Positions 25,908 to 39,764 of a DNA stretch of 64,000 nucleotides are shown here, piece after piece. Source of the DNA: Eledone cirrhosa. Lineage: Eukaryota. The position numbers and the translations under genes are program-made. The stretch lies in the NCBI GenBank assembly GCA_964016885.1, contig OZ024751.1, positions 4,092,001 through 4,156,000 of the forward strand. The letters are read 5' to 3'. Each line of letters begins with the position of its first letter. Position 1 is the first letter of the stretch. The notes under the pieces were generated by a model. It was given only the letters and a program-made list of their open reading frames with translations. It did no database searches and was not told the DNA's origin.

Positions 25908-26278
25908 TCCTTTTGTTATCATATTTATAATGAAATTCACAGAATTTGAATTAATTCATGAAGAAATTTGAGGGATTTACTAAAATTATCAATTATTTCA
26001 TTATTAAGACACCGAGGTTAGCTTTGCCTTTCATCCTTACAGGGTCGATAAAATAAAGTACCAGCACTAGGATTGATTTTATTGACTTTCCTTTCCCTAA
26101 ATTGTTTGCCTTGTGCCCAAATCAGAAACCATTATTAAGATAGTATATATATCATAACTTTTAAAGCTTTTACATAAAATTATGTTGGAAAGTTTTAATT
26201 TAAATAGGAATACTTTAAAATGAGTGATTTTGTTTCATTGAGCCAGACCTGGTTTTGGTTGTGTTGGTTTCAAAAGGG
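25908..26278. mobile_element. Long TTAA MITE with a nested SINE fragment (~26008-26130)
   Basis: TTAA|TCCTTTTGTTATC...GGTTTCAAAAGGG|TTAA. Confidence 0.65.
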
Positions 26279-26532
26279 TTAAGATGGTGTTTTTTTAATG
26301 ACAGGCACTTTTTTGTGGGGGGGGGGGGGGGGGGGGGGGGAAGATGTCTTTGTTTTTTCAAGTTTGATATAAAGATTTATATTTCTTCACTCTCTTTTAA
26401 CCAATCTGTCAGACTCCCGACCAAAGCAATTACATCATCTAAAGGTGATAACGAAATAGATTTTAACTGATATTAAAAGAACACTCTTCACTTCTTACCA
26501 CCCTCTTGTCTATGTCTTTTAACAATTTAGTC

Positions 26533-26876
26533 CAGGGGATGGTAAACTACAGCCTGTGGGCCACATCTGACCTCCAGTCCAGGGGCTGGTAACCTACAGC
26601 CTGTGGGCCATATCTGACCAGCTTTATTCCATCTGACCTGTGGGCTTCATTAAATATGTGATGTTGCAGAGAAAAATTCTTTGTTTTCCTTATCATTCCT
26701 TGGCATGAAAGACATAAAAATACTTCTGAGAGAATTGGATTAAATAAACTAAGGGTCTTTTTTGCCATGGCACCCAGACATCACCACCTTGGACTATAAG
26801 GTTCTAGTCTGCAGCCCACATAACCTATATGTACTGCGATCTGGCCCCATCCTCCAAAAAGGGTTACTGACCACTG
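26533..26876. mobile_element. hAT (Charlie-like) MITE
   Basis: CAGGGGATGGTAAACT...GGTTACTGACCACTG, with an 8-bp TSD ATTTAGTC/GTTTAGTC. Confidence 0.8.
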
Positions 26877-26984
26877 GTTTAGTCAGAAAAGAAAGAGTAG
26901 CATCCATGAGTTTTCTCAGGGTCTTTCAAGACTGGTGGGCAGTTATCTAGAGACTTTCTCTGAACGTTTGAAGGGAGTCTGCAA

Positions 26985-27305
26985 AATCAAGATCCGTGTC
27001 TTTAGTCCACCAACAATAATTAGAATTTTGTGAAAACCCGATCTATTAGGGTCCCCCAAAACAGAGCTATATCACCCTCCAAGATCCATGTCTTTAGAAT
27101 TCTAGTAAAAACCTGATCTATCAGAGTCCCCGCAAAACAGAGCTGTATGTATATTTTACCAAGATCCCTCTTGTTTGTCCATCAATGATAAATATGATTT
27201 TGGTGAAAGCCTAGTCTATCAGAGTCCCCCAAAACAGAGCTGTATCGTCTGCCAAGATCCCTATCGTTACTCCACCAACCATAATTTTAATTTTGGTGAA
27301 AAGCT
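26985..27305. repeat. Degenerate tandem repeat, 3-4 units of ~80-100 bp
   Basis: Recurrent CAAGATCC...TATCAGAGTCCCCCAAAACAGAGCTGTAT. Confidence 0.7.
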
Positions 27306-27568
27306 GACCTTTGCCATCAAGTAGTCGTCAATCAGTTCCTGCTTTATATGAATTAATCTCACAGGTCATGAAATTAATTCAGTAATTATTCACAGGACAC
27401 TTGTTTCATTGATCGTTCTCAAATATTGTATTATGTTATTTATAACACTGTTTTATAGATAAGGCAACTCAGCAGATATATCTCTAATGTGTAATATCTC
27501 TTGTATTTTCTGATATCGTATATTGCGCAGTGTTAAAAAAAAAATGATGTGTTAACACTAATTATTAC

Positions 27569-27718
27569 GTTCTGAGTTCGAATCCCGCCGAAGTCAACTT
27601 TGCTTTTTATCCTTCTGGGGTCGATAAAATAAAGTACAAGTGAACTACTGGGGTCGATCTAATCGATTTTCCATTCCCACCGAAATTATTTGTCCTATAC
27701 CTAATTTAGAAACCATTA
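27569..27718 (+). mobile_element. SINE family A fragment just upstream of the gene
   Basis: GAGTTCGAATCCCGCCGAAGTCAACTTTGC...GGGGTCGATAAAATAAAGTAC. Confidence 0.8.
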
Positions 27719-27857
27719 ATTATTTGTGTAAACAGGAATAATAAATAACCCTCTCAGATCAAGGGAAGTAATCGAAGGTGTGTTATTAAGAGTTACGTCC
27801 CCCTGTTATCACCATTGTTTACTAGCGCCACTTAGTACTTCCGATCAGAGGCACAAG

Positions 27858-29472
27858 ATGGCGGACTCCAGTACAAATGCCGATTTACCACCAACATCAA
27901 ATCATGAAACAGCTTCTATAGCTATGGTGGATCTGGAGGAAGACGTCCAACAAGCAAATGGAAACGATACAAAGACAAATACGACGGCGACAACAGATAA
28001 CAGAAGCTGTGCGTCTTCAACACCTATACACAATAATAATAACCAACAACAACAACGGCGAGATGACGACGAAGTAGAGACAGACGAAGAAGAAAACATG
28101 TGTGGCGTTGAAGATGACCACCTGGAAGAAGAAGAACACGATGATGATCATAATCAAGCAGAAGATCAAGATATTGATATGCAAAGTCATTTGGATGCCC
28201 TGCAAGTCGTTTGTACGGCAGCAACGAACTCTGCCTCATCGGAAGGAGAAGACGGTTGTTCCTCCTCTTTTAACTTTCACATGGAAAACAAACACACTCA
28301 AAGGAAAACAGACACAGATATGAGAACTTTAAGTTCGTATTTAAAATCTTTAAATGAAAGCCGTAATCCGGAGAGGATACCACCCGATGAACTCGACAAT
28401 TACCTGTCGAGTTTTTTCATGGTTGTCCGAAAAGCTGACGGCAGCGAATATGAACCAAAAACATTAAGAGCAATTATGGCCAGTATCGAACGCTATTTGA
28501 GATGCAGAAACTACCCAGCTTCTATTACCAGGGACTATATATTTTCTAAAACTAGAGACTCGCTGAAAGAAAAACAAAGGATTCTCAAAGAACAGGGGAT
28601 CGGTAACAAACCCCGTCCCCCGGCTGATCCTCTCGGTGTTTTAGTGGCACAAAGGGTTAATCAGCTGTACGCCAAACAAAACATGGGTCCATATAATCCC
28701 CTTTCAGTTGTCAGCACTCTCATTTTTGTTTTCATTTTTCACTTTCGACTTCGTAAAGCTGTCGACCACAAGAACTTGCTATGGGGTGATATTCAACTGA
28801 AAGTGGACAAGAACGGTCGTGAGTACCTTGTTTATCGACCACAAAGTCTGCCATCCCTACCGCCTCATATAGAGAATCATATTCGTCGTACGTATAATAT
28901 TTATGCTCATCCCGATCAACCTGAGCGTGACCCCGTCGCTATTTATCACCTGTATGCAGAAAAACGTCCTGCTTCTATGAAATACAGTAATTCACCATTC
29001 TACCTTGGAATATTCAGCCTGAATCCTTTACCATTCCAGGACTGGTACCGTGCCTCGGCCATGGGAATCAACAAACTCTGTGATTTAGTCAAACAGATCC
29101 GTTCAATAACTGGTTTGCCCCGAGCTATGTATGCACAAGACTCGCCCTATCTCAGTCCCCAGTTCATCTCCAATGCCTTGATGGGACCGGATCCCTCGAA
29201 GGGAGATGTGAAAGGCGGGGCTGCAGCTGCGGCCCTGGTCAATTCCCAAGACCTCTCCTGCATGGATACAGTTGTTTACAATGTGGACTCGGACAGTGAG
29301 AGCATTACGGAACAACAATCCAACATGTCTTTCATTGGCAGCCTGGAGAACCATTCAAGTATGGATGAGAATATCCACGGAGAAGAAGTTGCCTTGCATG
29401 AGAAAGATGCTGCTGATGATGATGATGATGACGACGATGATGATGATGAAAATGACCGACATCCTCTCTCAG
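27858..29472 (+). CDS. Crypton-derived DUF3504-like protein (KIAA1958/QRICH1/ZMYM-like), large coding exon
   Basis: Uninterrupted 538-codon frame from AAGATGG. Acidic N- and C-terminal regions flank NKHTQRKT..LDNYLSSFFMVVRKADGSEYEPKTL..SIERYL..GIGNKP..HFRLR..WGDI..ERDPVAIYHLYAEKRP..SPFYL..WY..MGINKL. Donor CAG|GTAGTT at 29472/29473, followed by TA microsatellite. Confidence 0.85.
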
Positions 29473-29519
29473 GTAGTTTGTATATAAACATTACATACAT
29501 TTATACATACATTCATTTA

Positions 29520-29554
<35 letters not shown>

Positions 29555-30029
29555 TATTTATTATGATTATTATATTGTATTGTAACTGTCCTATTAAGTT
29601 GTTTGTATGCATACATACTATATATGTATATACATACTATTTATATATACATGATATATAATGTATTATTTCTTTCGTTTAATATATACTGACTGCTTGT
29701 GAGACACCATCATTCACAGCCAGGTAGTTTATATATATACCTACACTTACGTGTATACATACATGCATACATATAATTTTATGGATGTATATATATCCCG
29801 TTTAAAATATAGTGACTAGGACAGTAAGACTGTCCCAACCACCGACATATAACATCTCCCCCTCCGCCGCTCTCATCTATATAAACATCTCTCCCTCAGC
29901 TCCACCGCTGCCCCACCACCATTAACCACACTGTAGTCATTAGGTATGTCTATTAGTCACCTGCTATTTTGGTTGTAAATGTTTTAATGATCACAACTAA
30001 AAGCTAATTCACTAGGATAGTATAGATTA

Positions 30030-30990
30030 GTCACCACTAGCACCACACTATATAACACACACTCTCTGTGTGTGTCTCTCTCTCCGCCCTCTTTCTCTAC
30101 CCGCCTCTCTGTCTCTGTTAATATTCTCTGATAGATTGCTCATCACTAGCACACTGCTATAGTTCACTATATGGTTGTTTTGATAGAATGCTCTCTACTA
30201 CACTACACTACACCACACCACACCACATCAACACAGCTACACAGCAGTACACTACAACCCATACTGTAGTTATTTTGATAGAATTATCACTAACACAGCA
30301 CCACAAGACAACGCTACACCATTACAACCCAAACTGTAGTTGTGATAGAATGCTCTCCACTACATCACTAGCACAGCTACACTACAACCCATACTGTAGT
30401 TTTGATAAATTGCCACCACTACTACCACACCACATTAACACAGCTACACAGCACTGCAATACTATACTACACCACTACAACCCATACTGTAGTGTGATGC
30501 TCACCACTACACTACACCACAAGTAACACACAGGTACAGAGCACCACAAGACTACACTACACTACACCACTAGCACAGCTACACTACAACCTACACTTTA
30601 GTTGTTTTGATAGACTGCTCAACACTAACACAGCCCACACATGTTGTTTTGATCAATTGTTCTCCACTACCACCTCTATACATCACCATTAATACCACTA
30701 CACCAGACCACTACCACTATTACACTTCACTGCTACAACACACCACACCGACACCAGTGGTACTACACCTGACCACCTCACAATTATTTTACTTGTACCA
30801 TTACACTACACATCACTACCGACATTACTCCTGACCACTACCACATCACTATACTATTTCATTAGTACCACCACTAATACCTCTACATTATACCCCTCAC
30901 CTTCACATCACACCACTAGTACCACTACACCACACTATTAGTACCACCACGCAGCACTAATATCTCTACACCCCATACCACTAGTACCAG
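30030..30990. repeat. CAC/TAC-rich degenerate repeat
   Basis: Recurrent ACACTACAACCCATACTGTAGT and CACTAC words. Confidence 0.75.
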
Positions 30991-31211
30991 TGCACTCAGC
31001 TGAAATAAATGAATCCCAACAGCAGCTGGGATGTTGGATTTGTAACAACCTCTTATCCCTTCTAGTGAGGGAGAGCTTTATATTCTCAGCCAGTTAAAAC
31101 CTCATGAGACCAAGATAAGGTCCAGTGAGGGAGAGTTTTGTACTCTTAACCAGTTAAAACCTCCTGAAACCAGGATAAGGTCCAGTATGATGGGTGCCCA
31201 GTCACTTTTAA

Positions 31212-31448
31212 ACCTCTCATTACTATATTTCTAATGAAAGATGCTGCCAATGGTACTCAAAATAATCAAGAATTTGAAAGGATTTAGAAATAGAACCAAC
31301 CTTCATATTATTAAGCTGGTGTCTGGAGCATAGCCCAACAAAGGTTCTTATATAAAATTATGTTGAAAGGTTTTTCGGTAAATATAAACACTTCAAAATA
31401 AACAGCTTTCTATCATAGAAGAAAGGTTTTTTTTTGTTATTAAAAGGG
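31212..31448. mobile_element. Long TTAA MITE family copy
   Basis: TTAA|ACCTCTCATTACT...TTAAAAGGG|TTAA, with an interior similar to the other copies. Confidence 0.6.
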
Positions 31449-32009
31449 TTAAAGTGGTAGCTTAGTTCCATTATCTGGATGTGAAATAACCTTTAGTGCT
31501 GTTACAGCTTGCACCTGTGAAGGTTTAGCTGGCCCTTTAGATTATATCTCAGAGCAGGATGCATGGGTGTTTTGATGAAGATGGCACCAGCCCTTGTAGT
31601 GAAGTGGTTGACATTAAGAAGGGTATCTTGCCATGGAAACCATGCTAAAAATTGGAACATACAAACAAACATGGTACTCTGGTCCATCTATGAGGGCAGT
31701 AACCCTAAATGTAAGCTGATTTGGACCATATAAATCTGTCTAGCCCAAGCAAGAAGTCATGGCTCTCCAACTCGTCTATGAGGTCAGTATAAGCTGACTT
31801 GGATCATATCAACTTGTCCAGTCCATGATAGTATTGAAAGCTGACATAAAATGATAACAAGGCAGGATTTGAACTCAAACAGATGGCACATTAATGTAGG
31901 AAACTAGCAGCAGATGGTTTCTTTATTTATACCTATAGTTCAATATTTATTCTGTGTGGACATTGATGATGATGATGATATTAGCTTTATGTAAAGACTT
32001 ATAATAATC

Positions 32010-32580
32010 ATCATCATTGTTTATGCGTCTGCTTTTGCATGGATTAAATGGATCCTTCTCAGCACAGCATCTCTCCATTTGTTGCGTTACTTCTTAGCGA
32101 TTTAAGGTCAACTCTCACAACCTCTGCCCAGGTCTTTCTTGGTTGTCCTCTACTGTGGCTTCCTTCCACTGGGATTTCCTGGCATTTCTTCACCCAATGA
32201 TCATTGTCCATACCAACACAGTCTTCTCTCCTGCACACCACTTCAGATTCTTCCTAAACCCAGCTTCTCCCTCAGCTCGTCCAAGCTCTGCCTTTCTCTC
32301 ACACTTACATTGCACATTCAACACAGCATCGTTGCTTCATTTCTCTCCAATCTATGCATATCCTCTGCAGTCACAGCCCATGTTTCACTACTATGCAGCA
32401 TAGCACACCGCAGTCATACAGCCTTCCTTTTTTTGTCAACAATGGGAGTAGTTCTCTAAACTTCTTCCATCCTATCCTTATTCTTGTTATTATACTCTCA
32501 GTGCACTCTCCTCTGCTGCTAATTAAGTCACCTAAATAGCACAAGCTATCAACAACTTCTATGGTTCCTTCCTCTATCAT
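32010..32580 (-). mobile_element. RTE LINE 3' fragment
   Basis: IEVVDSLCYLGDLISS...IGWKKFRELLPLL...QPRKTWAEVVR. Confidence 0.82.
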
Positions 32581-33784
32581 CACCTTTGTTATATTTACCT
32601 TTCCATTCTTGCTTGGGTTAGAAGAGTCCTTCCTCTTTATTACAACATTCTTCCATTTGTCTCTTCCCTTTTGTTATCTTTTTCGTAAGGTCCACCATCC
32701 TGCGATCAGTTTTCACCACCTCTGTCACCAATTTTCCTTGGTCTTCCTCTACTACATCTTCTTTCCACTTGGAACTCCTAGTATTTCTTCACCTAACAGT
32801 TATCATCCATATGCAGTACATGTCTGTACCAGTGCAATCATCTCTCTTGCACACTTTACATCTGATTCCTCTTATACCCAGGTTTTCTCTCAACACACCT
32901 GTCTTTTACTATTTATACACAGTAATATTTCACATCCAACACGAATAAACACACACACACATTGCAGAAGCTTATTTACCACATCGTTCATATACATAAC
33001 ATATCCATTCTAGCATAGTCTTCTCTCTTGCACACAACATTTGCTACCTCTCATACTTAGCTGTTCTCTCAACCCATCTATGCTTTGTCCTCCACATATG
33101 CTAACATTACACATCCAATGGAACACGCTGAAATCATTTCTTTCAATCATATCTTCCTTTTATGGTATGATTTCTCTGTCTTGGAGTCCTTTACACAGTG
33201 TACTTGAGGCATTTTATGATGGCATCAGCATTAGAGAGGTCATGTCCTTGAAAAGACTAAACAGTCCTCTCGATTCTATGTTGTCTCTGTTTGATTGGCA
33301 ACCACTTTAGAGTGTACTGGGTGCATTTTATTATATCACTAACAATAGAGAGGTAGTCGAGAGGTTGTCAAACCCTTGGCACAACTGAAGAATCTTCTGT
33401 AACCTTTGTTGGCAAGTTTTCTATGGCTGGATGCCGCCATTTCTGTTACCAACTTTACAGAGTTTTATCATGTCACCAACACTTGAAACAAAATCAGTGT
33501 AAATGCAGTTGGTGCTAGGAAGGGCATCCAGCTGTAGAAACCAAGCCAAAATTGGTTCTGTATAAGCATGACGTGGTCGCCTCACCTAACATTGCTCACA
33601 ACAGGATAACTCATTTAATCCATGCCATCATGGAAAAGTGGACGTTAAACAGTGATGATGATGAAGGAAATCACATCCTTACTCTGTTCCCAGCTGTCCA
33701 TTAACCTTGGACATTAATTGTAGCAGTGAGCTGTTGGGTAGACTGAGTGTAGCATTTGATGGTTCACAGTGTGTACTGTGTGAA

Positions 33785-33930
33785 GGCACATGGCCTAGTG
33801 GTAAAGCTGTTGGACTTATGATCATAATGTTGTAGGTTCATTTCCTGGACTTGGTTGTGTGATGTGTTGTTTAACAAAGCACTTCATTTCACATTGTTCT
33901 AGTATTCTCAGCAGAAAATAAGTACCAGCA
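33785..33930 (+). mobile_element. tRNA-derived SINE family B (degenerate)
   Basis: GGCACATGGCCTAGTGGTAA A-box, GGTTCATTTCC B-box, AAAGCACTTCATTTCACATTG. Similar copies at 53936 and 58593, and on the minus strand at ~3785 and ~35590. Confidence 0.65.
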
Positions 33931-34187
33931 ATAGCTGGAGGTTTAATCCTGCAATGGCTCGAGATGGGAAGGGAAGCCTACACCATCCAGGCCATGCTTT
34001 ATGATCTCGTTGAGAGCAGCATGGCATGGGAGGCAGCCAGCATTGTAATGGCATGACTTTAGAATTAAAGTATAACTGGCTGAGTATTCCAGATATTTTT
34101 GACCTTAATCCTTTTGTGACCCAAATGAAGAATATTGAGAAATTTTCTAAAATTATCAATTATTTCATTACTAAGATAGTAACTTAA

Positions 34188-34397
34188 TCCTTTAGCATTT
34201 GCATTACTATTGTATTTTTGTGGTAAAGGCTTTACCTCACATAATTATCTCACATAGTATCAGATCTATGAAATTTTGATATTATTTATTTTGAGAACAA
34301 TACCTTAACATCAGTATGAGCAACTGGTTATAGCCAGTTTGAGCAGAGAGAGGTAAGAGAATTCTGGTCGGATATAGCAGGTTTAAATGCTAAAGGG
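34188..34397. mobile_element. Short TTAA MITE nested in a long TTAA MITE (~34108-34525)
   Basis: TTAA|TCCTTTAGCATTT...AAATGCTAAAGGG|TTAA. Confidence 0.85.
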
Positions 34398-34904
34398 TTA
34401 ATGTATGGATGTTTGTTATATAAGATGATGTTGGGAGATTTTAATTAAAATAGAAACCCTTTAAACTGGTTGTTTTTGTTTTATAGAACCAGAGCTGGTT
34501 TTAGTCAGGTTGATATCAAAAGGTTTCACAGAATTCTCAAGCAGAATCATTGTGATACAGTGTATAACAAAGCTGGCCCTTTGAATTAGGGGTACATTCA
34601 ACTTCTACAAGTTTTATCTACTCAGTTTTAATCAGTCAGAAGTTTTGTATCAAAAGCACTGGTTTTCTTCTGTATGGTTAGAAAATAGTTTAGCTATTAA
34701 TCTGCTTCAAAACTGAAGGTAGACCCACAATGGATGAATACTGAGCTTACAAACAGGCTCGATACTGCTGCTACACACCCAGATATCCTAAACCACATTA
34801 ATATAAAGTTACCTACCAACACACTCCAAAGTCTATCAGATGTACTGTCTACTCTATCTACTTTTTATACCACTGCTACAGTGACTGCTGCTCTTTGGAT
34901 TCAA

Positions 34905-35108
34905 CCCTTTAGCATTTAAACTGGCTGTATCCAGCCAGAATTCTCTGCCTCTTTCTGTTCAAACTGGCTGTAACCAGACGCTCATACTGATGTTAAGGTG
35001 TTGTTCTCAAAATAAATATAAAAATCTTGTAGATTCAATATCATGTGAAATAAAGCCTTTACTGTGAAAATATAATACTAAATATAGAGTAATGTAAATG
35101 CTAAAGTG
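34905..35108. mobile_element. Short TTAA MITE, opposite orientation
   Basis: CCCTTTAGCATTT...AAATGCTAAAGTG. The interior is the reverse complement of the 34188 copy. Confidence 0.75.
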
Positions 35109-37659
35109 CTAACTAGTGTTGTATATCTTTGACTTAGGCTCTCTGAACTTACTTAGACTATCCCTCACTAACTAATATGTTCTCATTGATCCCCTACTCC
35201 TACTCACATAATGCCTCTATTCTGGAATTCCCTCCCTACTGATTTTTTCCTTCAACCATCCACTAACAGCTTTTCAAGAGGAACATTAGCTGACTTCAGA
35301 TGCCAGTAAAGGCCTTGGGTACCCTAAGCACAGCCCCTTTCTCATGACTAAACCAATAAATACAAATAAATAACGAGATGTTTGTATTGATAGAAAGGGT
35401 GAAAGAATGGATTAAATGTGTTAGACCAGTGGTCCCCAATTTTATCCCTACAATCAGTCAATTGAATCGATCAACAAGATTCGACCACATTACTAAGTGG
35501 GGTGGAACTCATAAAATCGGACCAAGGAAACAATGTTTCCATTAGTCTTTCCATTGCAGATACTATCTACTGGTCACAATTCCTGGCAAAAAGAGCAATG
35601 TGAAATAAAATATCTTGCTCAAGGACATAATGCATCACCTGGCCTAAGAATCAAACTCCCAACCTCATGATTGCAAATTCAATTCTCAAACCAGTAAGGT
35701 ATGCACCTTTCCTACAAAGAATCCCCATTTAATTATCCCCCAACATTTTGTAATGATTTATCAGAAAATTCATAAAAAAAGGTTTAATTCAAATGTCTAT
35801 AGTATCTTTACTATTGGACTGGTTGTAAATTAAAGTAAAGACTTCAATTTTTAATGTGATGCAGTCATAGTGTTGTTTGGTAATTCTCAAGAATATATTG
35901 ATACAGTGGTTTCATGTGGTTCAGGATGTTAACATTCTACAATGTACACCGAGGGTTGGGTGGGTTATCACAGACCAAGTTAGTATTTAATTTGAGGCCT
36001 GATCACTCAGATGAGCCATGAACTCATCTCACTTACATACGTTCCCACATTTTACAGAGTACACTGTGGGTTTTCTTGTGGCACCAGCACTATGAGGTCA
36101 TCATGTCCTTTATACAACTGAAGAATCCTCTCTCTACCCTTTGTTTGGTGTAGTTTCTACAGCTGGATGCCCTTTCCTACCATCAACCACCTCACCGTGT
36201 ATTAGGTGCGTTTTATCGTGGCACCACCACTAGGGAGTTTGTTAGTCATTGACTCGACTGAAGAGCCCTTTTCTCTATGGTATAGGATGGGGAGGATGGT
36301 AATAACTATGATGTCATTGGTAAGTGACAAAATGTAAGGGTAGGATAACAACAGTATAATATCACTGTATGTCTTTCATGGCACCAGCACTACCATTTTA
36401 CAGGATGTACTGGGTGCACTTCATCATGACTCTGCACTAGAGAGGCTGTTGCATGTTTGTCTAGAATGAAGAGTCCTCTATTTTTATCTATAAACCCTTT
36501 ATCATAATTTTATGTAAGAACTTTTGTTATGTTATGTTTCAAACATCAACTCAATAATGAGAAAGTTAGAGGAATTTCAATTGGAATTAGAGATGCCAGT
36601 AATTATTTTATGAGTCTGGTACTATCTACCTATTTATCATAAAATCACTTAATCTTTAACTCTACAAAATACTTCAACAATGCTGCTATAGTCACTGCCT
36701 CTGTCTCTCTCCCCATCTCACACTATTATAAGCAAATGGGGCCCTGCAACCCCAGTGGACAGAATAGAGAAGGCGTTTCTCTGGAAGATCGTGAGGGAGA
36801 CACGTTGGAACAGCTATTCCAGCTCACAAGGCTCACACCTACAAATAGCCAACTCCATGCCGATGGTGGTGAGTAGGGAGGTGGTTTTAGGGCCAAGGAC
36901 ACCAGAAGTCTCCATACTAAATCCTTCCAAATTCTTGATTATTTTCAAAATTACTTGAAAACCCTAAGCAGTGTCCTTCATTAGAAATATGGTAATGAAG
37001 GGGGGTAACCTTTTTGATAATCTGCTTGACATATGGTAACTAAAGAGTTAATTAAACTTGGTACACTACTTACTACACTACTTACTCACTTTGGCTTCTT
37101 AATACTTTGGATTCCAAACCAGCCTCAGTTCTATGATACAAAGGTGTTTATTTTAAAGTGTTTATATTTATTTATCTGCCAGTAGTTGCAACCAGTAGAT
37201 AGTATCAGCAATGGAAACATTGTTTCCTTGGTCTACTTTGCTGACATTCATCCCACTCGGTAAGGGAAATGCAGTCTGATCTTGTTGAACAATTCCAATT
37301 AAAAAATTTTTTAAGAATAATTTTTTCAAAATCTTCTTTTTTAATTTTATGTAAGAGCTTTAGTTATGTTTCAAGCATCATTTAGATATTGAGAAAGTTA
37401 GTTATATTACTAAATCTCTCCAAATTCTTGATTATTTTCAAAATTATTTGGAAATTATAGACGGTGTCTTTCATTAGATATATGATAACAAAGGAGTTAA
37501 ATTATTGAAACTGCCATTTGACTGTAAAATTATATTTTATTGTATGAAGGCATTAAATAAATCACAAACAGTAACTTAAAGGGAGATGAAGGTTCCATAG
37601 ATTTCTTGTAAATAGAGATAAAGTTTTTCACTAAAATTACTGGAACCATAGCTTGTATT

Positions 37660-38240
37660 TATAGATGTATGTACCCGTAACTCCTGATGGAATCTTAGGA
37701 GTGTCGTAACAACATATGGCGTGAATTGGGCAATTTTTAAACCTAGCAAAGCCTGTCCTCTCTCCAGGTCAATTTCTTCCAGAGACTCAAACATACACCC
37801 AGTAGGCACCTCTTAATCCACCACACCACCCTTACACTGTAAAGTTATATTGGTATCACAAAAACATCCAGTCCACACTGTAAAGTGGTCATGAAGGTGT
37901 CATGACAAAAAGCACCCAGTCTACACTGTAAATGTGGTTGGCTTTAGGAAGGGTATCCAGCTGTAGAAATCTAGCCAGACACAATCACCTGACTCAACTT
38001 GCCTTTAATGGGACAAGCCCGTCTAACCCATGCTAGCGTGGAAAATAAATGTTAAACAATGATGATGAAGAGGAGGGAGAAAGAATGAATCGCAGTAATA
38101 GACTGGTACTTTTTTTATTGACCTCAAAAGACTGAAAGGTTAAGTTGACTTCAGCAGTATTTGAACAGAGATCAGAGAGTCAAAATGAATACCACAAATC
38201 ATTCTGTCTGATGTTCTAACGACTTTGTAATTCACCACCT
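37660..38240 (-). mobile_element. SINE A2 interrupted by an RTE 3' UTR fragment (37800-38070, +)
   Basis: Tail at 37660-37790 and head/core at 38090-38240, with the RTE terminus CCGTCTAACCCATGCTAGCG..GATGATG between them. Confidence 0.65.
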
Positions 38241-38427
38241 AGCCATAGCTTATATTTTGTTAATAAATATCTTCTCCATTTTTACCAATCATGAAATAAC
38301 CAAAATAAACAATTATTATAGCAGATGTCATTAGTGTGCGTGTCTAATTATACACAAAGGTGTCAAATCTGAGATATGTTTTCATAACGAAATATTCCTA
38401 AAAACATAATTGGTCAAGAGGACTTAT

Positions 38428-38856
38428 CATCATCATCATCATCATCATCAGACGTCTATCTTCCACGCTAGCATGAGTTTAGACGGGAATTGTCCCACTT
38501 GAGGCAAGATTGGTCGGGTGACTGTGTCTCGCTCATATAGGACTGTCTCGCAGGTTTTCTATGGCCAGGTGCCCTTCCTAACACCAACCACGTTTACAGT
38601 GTGGACTGGGAGGTTTTTACCGTGTTACCTACACGGCCACATTACAGCGTGGACTGTGTGTTTTTTTGTCGTGACACCTACACAATTTCATTTATTTTGG
38701 ACTGGATGTTGTGGTACCAACATAACTTTACAGAGAAAGGGTGGTGTTGGTGGAAGTGGGAGTGGAGTAAGGGTTGTGGGATGGGGTGTATATTTGGTTA
38801 AGAGGTGCCTATTTTGGTTTGTACATAGGCAAGGTGGGTCTTCTGTATTACTGTGT
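38428..38856 (-). mobile_element. RTE LINE 3' UTR fragment
   Basis: Closely matches 14346-14760 and has a (CAT)n tail. Confidence 0.85.
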
Positions 38857-39284
38857 TAAAGAAATGACAACCTTACCATAGTGGTGGTGCCATGATAAAA
38901 TACACTGGGTGCACTCTGTAATGTGTGGGAATGTATGTAAGGAATTCTCAGCTGTGTCAAAGAGATGGCAACTTCTACAGTGGTGGTACCATGATAAAAT
39001 GCACCGTGTGCACTCTGTAGAGTGCAGGAATGTATGTAAGCCACAGGGAAACTCAGCTGTGTCAAAGACATGACAAGCTCACCACAGTGGTGGTGGTGCC
39101 ATGATAAAATGCACCAGGTGTACTCTGCAGGCCTGCGGCTCATATGAGAATTCAGTAACTCTGATTAAGTACTGACTTATTCTGACTATTCTTCTAACGC
39201 TTGCTATCAGGGAGAACAGACATTAAATGATGATGTTTAGTTTATTTCATAACAAACCTTGAGATTATCAGTGCAACACTAAAC

Positions 39285-39550
39285 ACATAGTTTCCAATTT
39301 TTTCACTGCCAAGGACCCCAGATGTTTGAAAGCTCATCTTCCTCTACATTTACTAAACCTACAATATCATATGGCAAGAAGAACAATTTAAAGACAGGAA
39401 TGTTTATACTTAGAGAAAGATAGACACCCAGTAGCATGTGTCTTGTAATGTTTTTAACAAAATACTTGAAATTTAAAACTTAACTTATGGGACCCCCAGT
39501 CCTACCTTAACCAACCCCAGGCATCCATGAATTCAGGTTATGAACTGCTG
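39285..39550. mobile_element. Degenerate hAT MITE
   Basis: Flanked by CACTAAAC/CACTAAAG. Right end GGTTATGAACTGCTG. Confidence 0.5.
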
Positions 39551-39597
39551 CACTAAAGTGTCATGGTATAAACAGTTCGGAAACCTTTGGTCTAGAG

Positions 39598-39764
39598 TAG
39601 TGGTTCCCATACTGGGTTCCACAAAGGAGTGTCTGGGGTTCCATGAAAAAAGCTAGAGGAGTTTATTTACATTACGACCATATAACAGTATTAGACTTTG
39701 GGGCTCCCCCAAAAGTTTCTGAACCAAAAAGGGTTCCACATTTGAAAAAGTTTAGGAAACCCTG
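39598..39764. mobile_element. hAT (MER5/Charlie-like) MITE
   Basis: TAGTGGTTCCCATACT...AGTTTAGGAAACCCTG, with an 8-bp TSD GTCTAGAG/GTCTTGAG. Confidence 0.75.

Noticed and set aside
27780-27857. ORF-track start of the 601-aa ORF
   Set aside because: Non-ATG start. The first in-frame ATG in good context is at 27858, although an upstream exon cannot be excluded.
29473-29585. ORF tail SLYINITYIY...
   Set aside because: Read-through into an intronic TA microsatellite after a GT donor.
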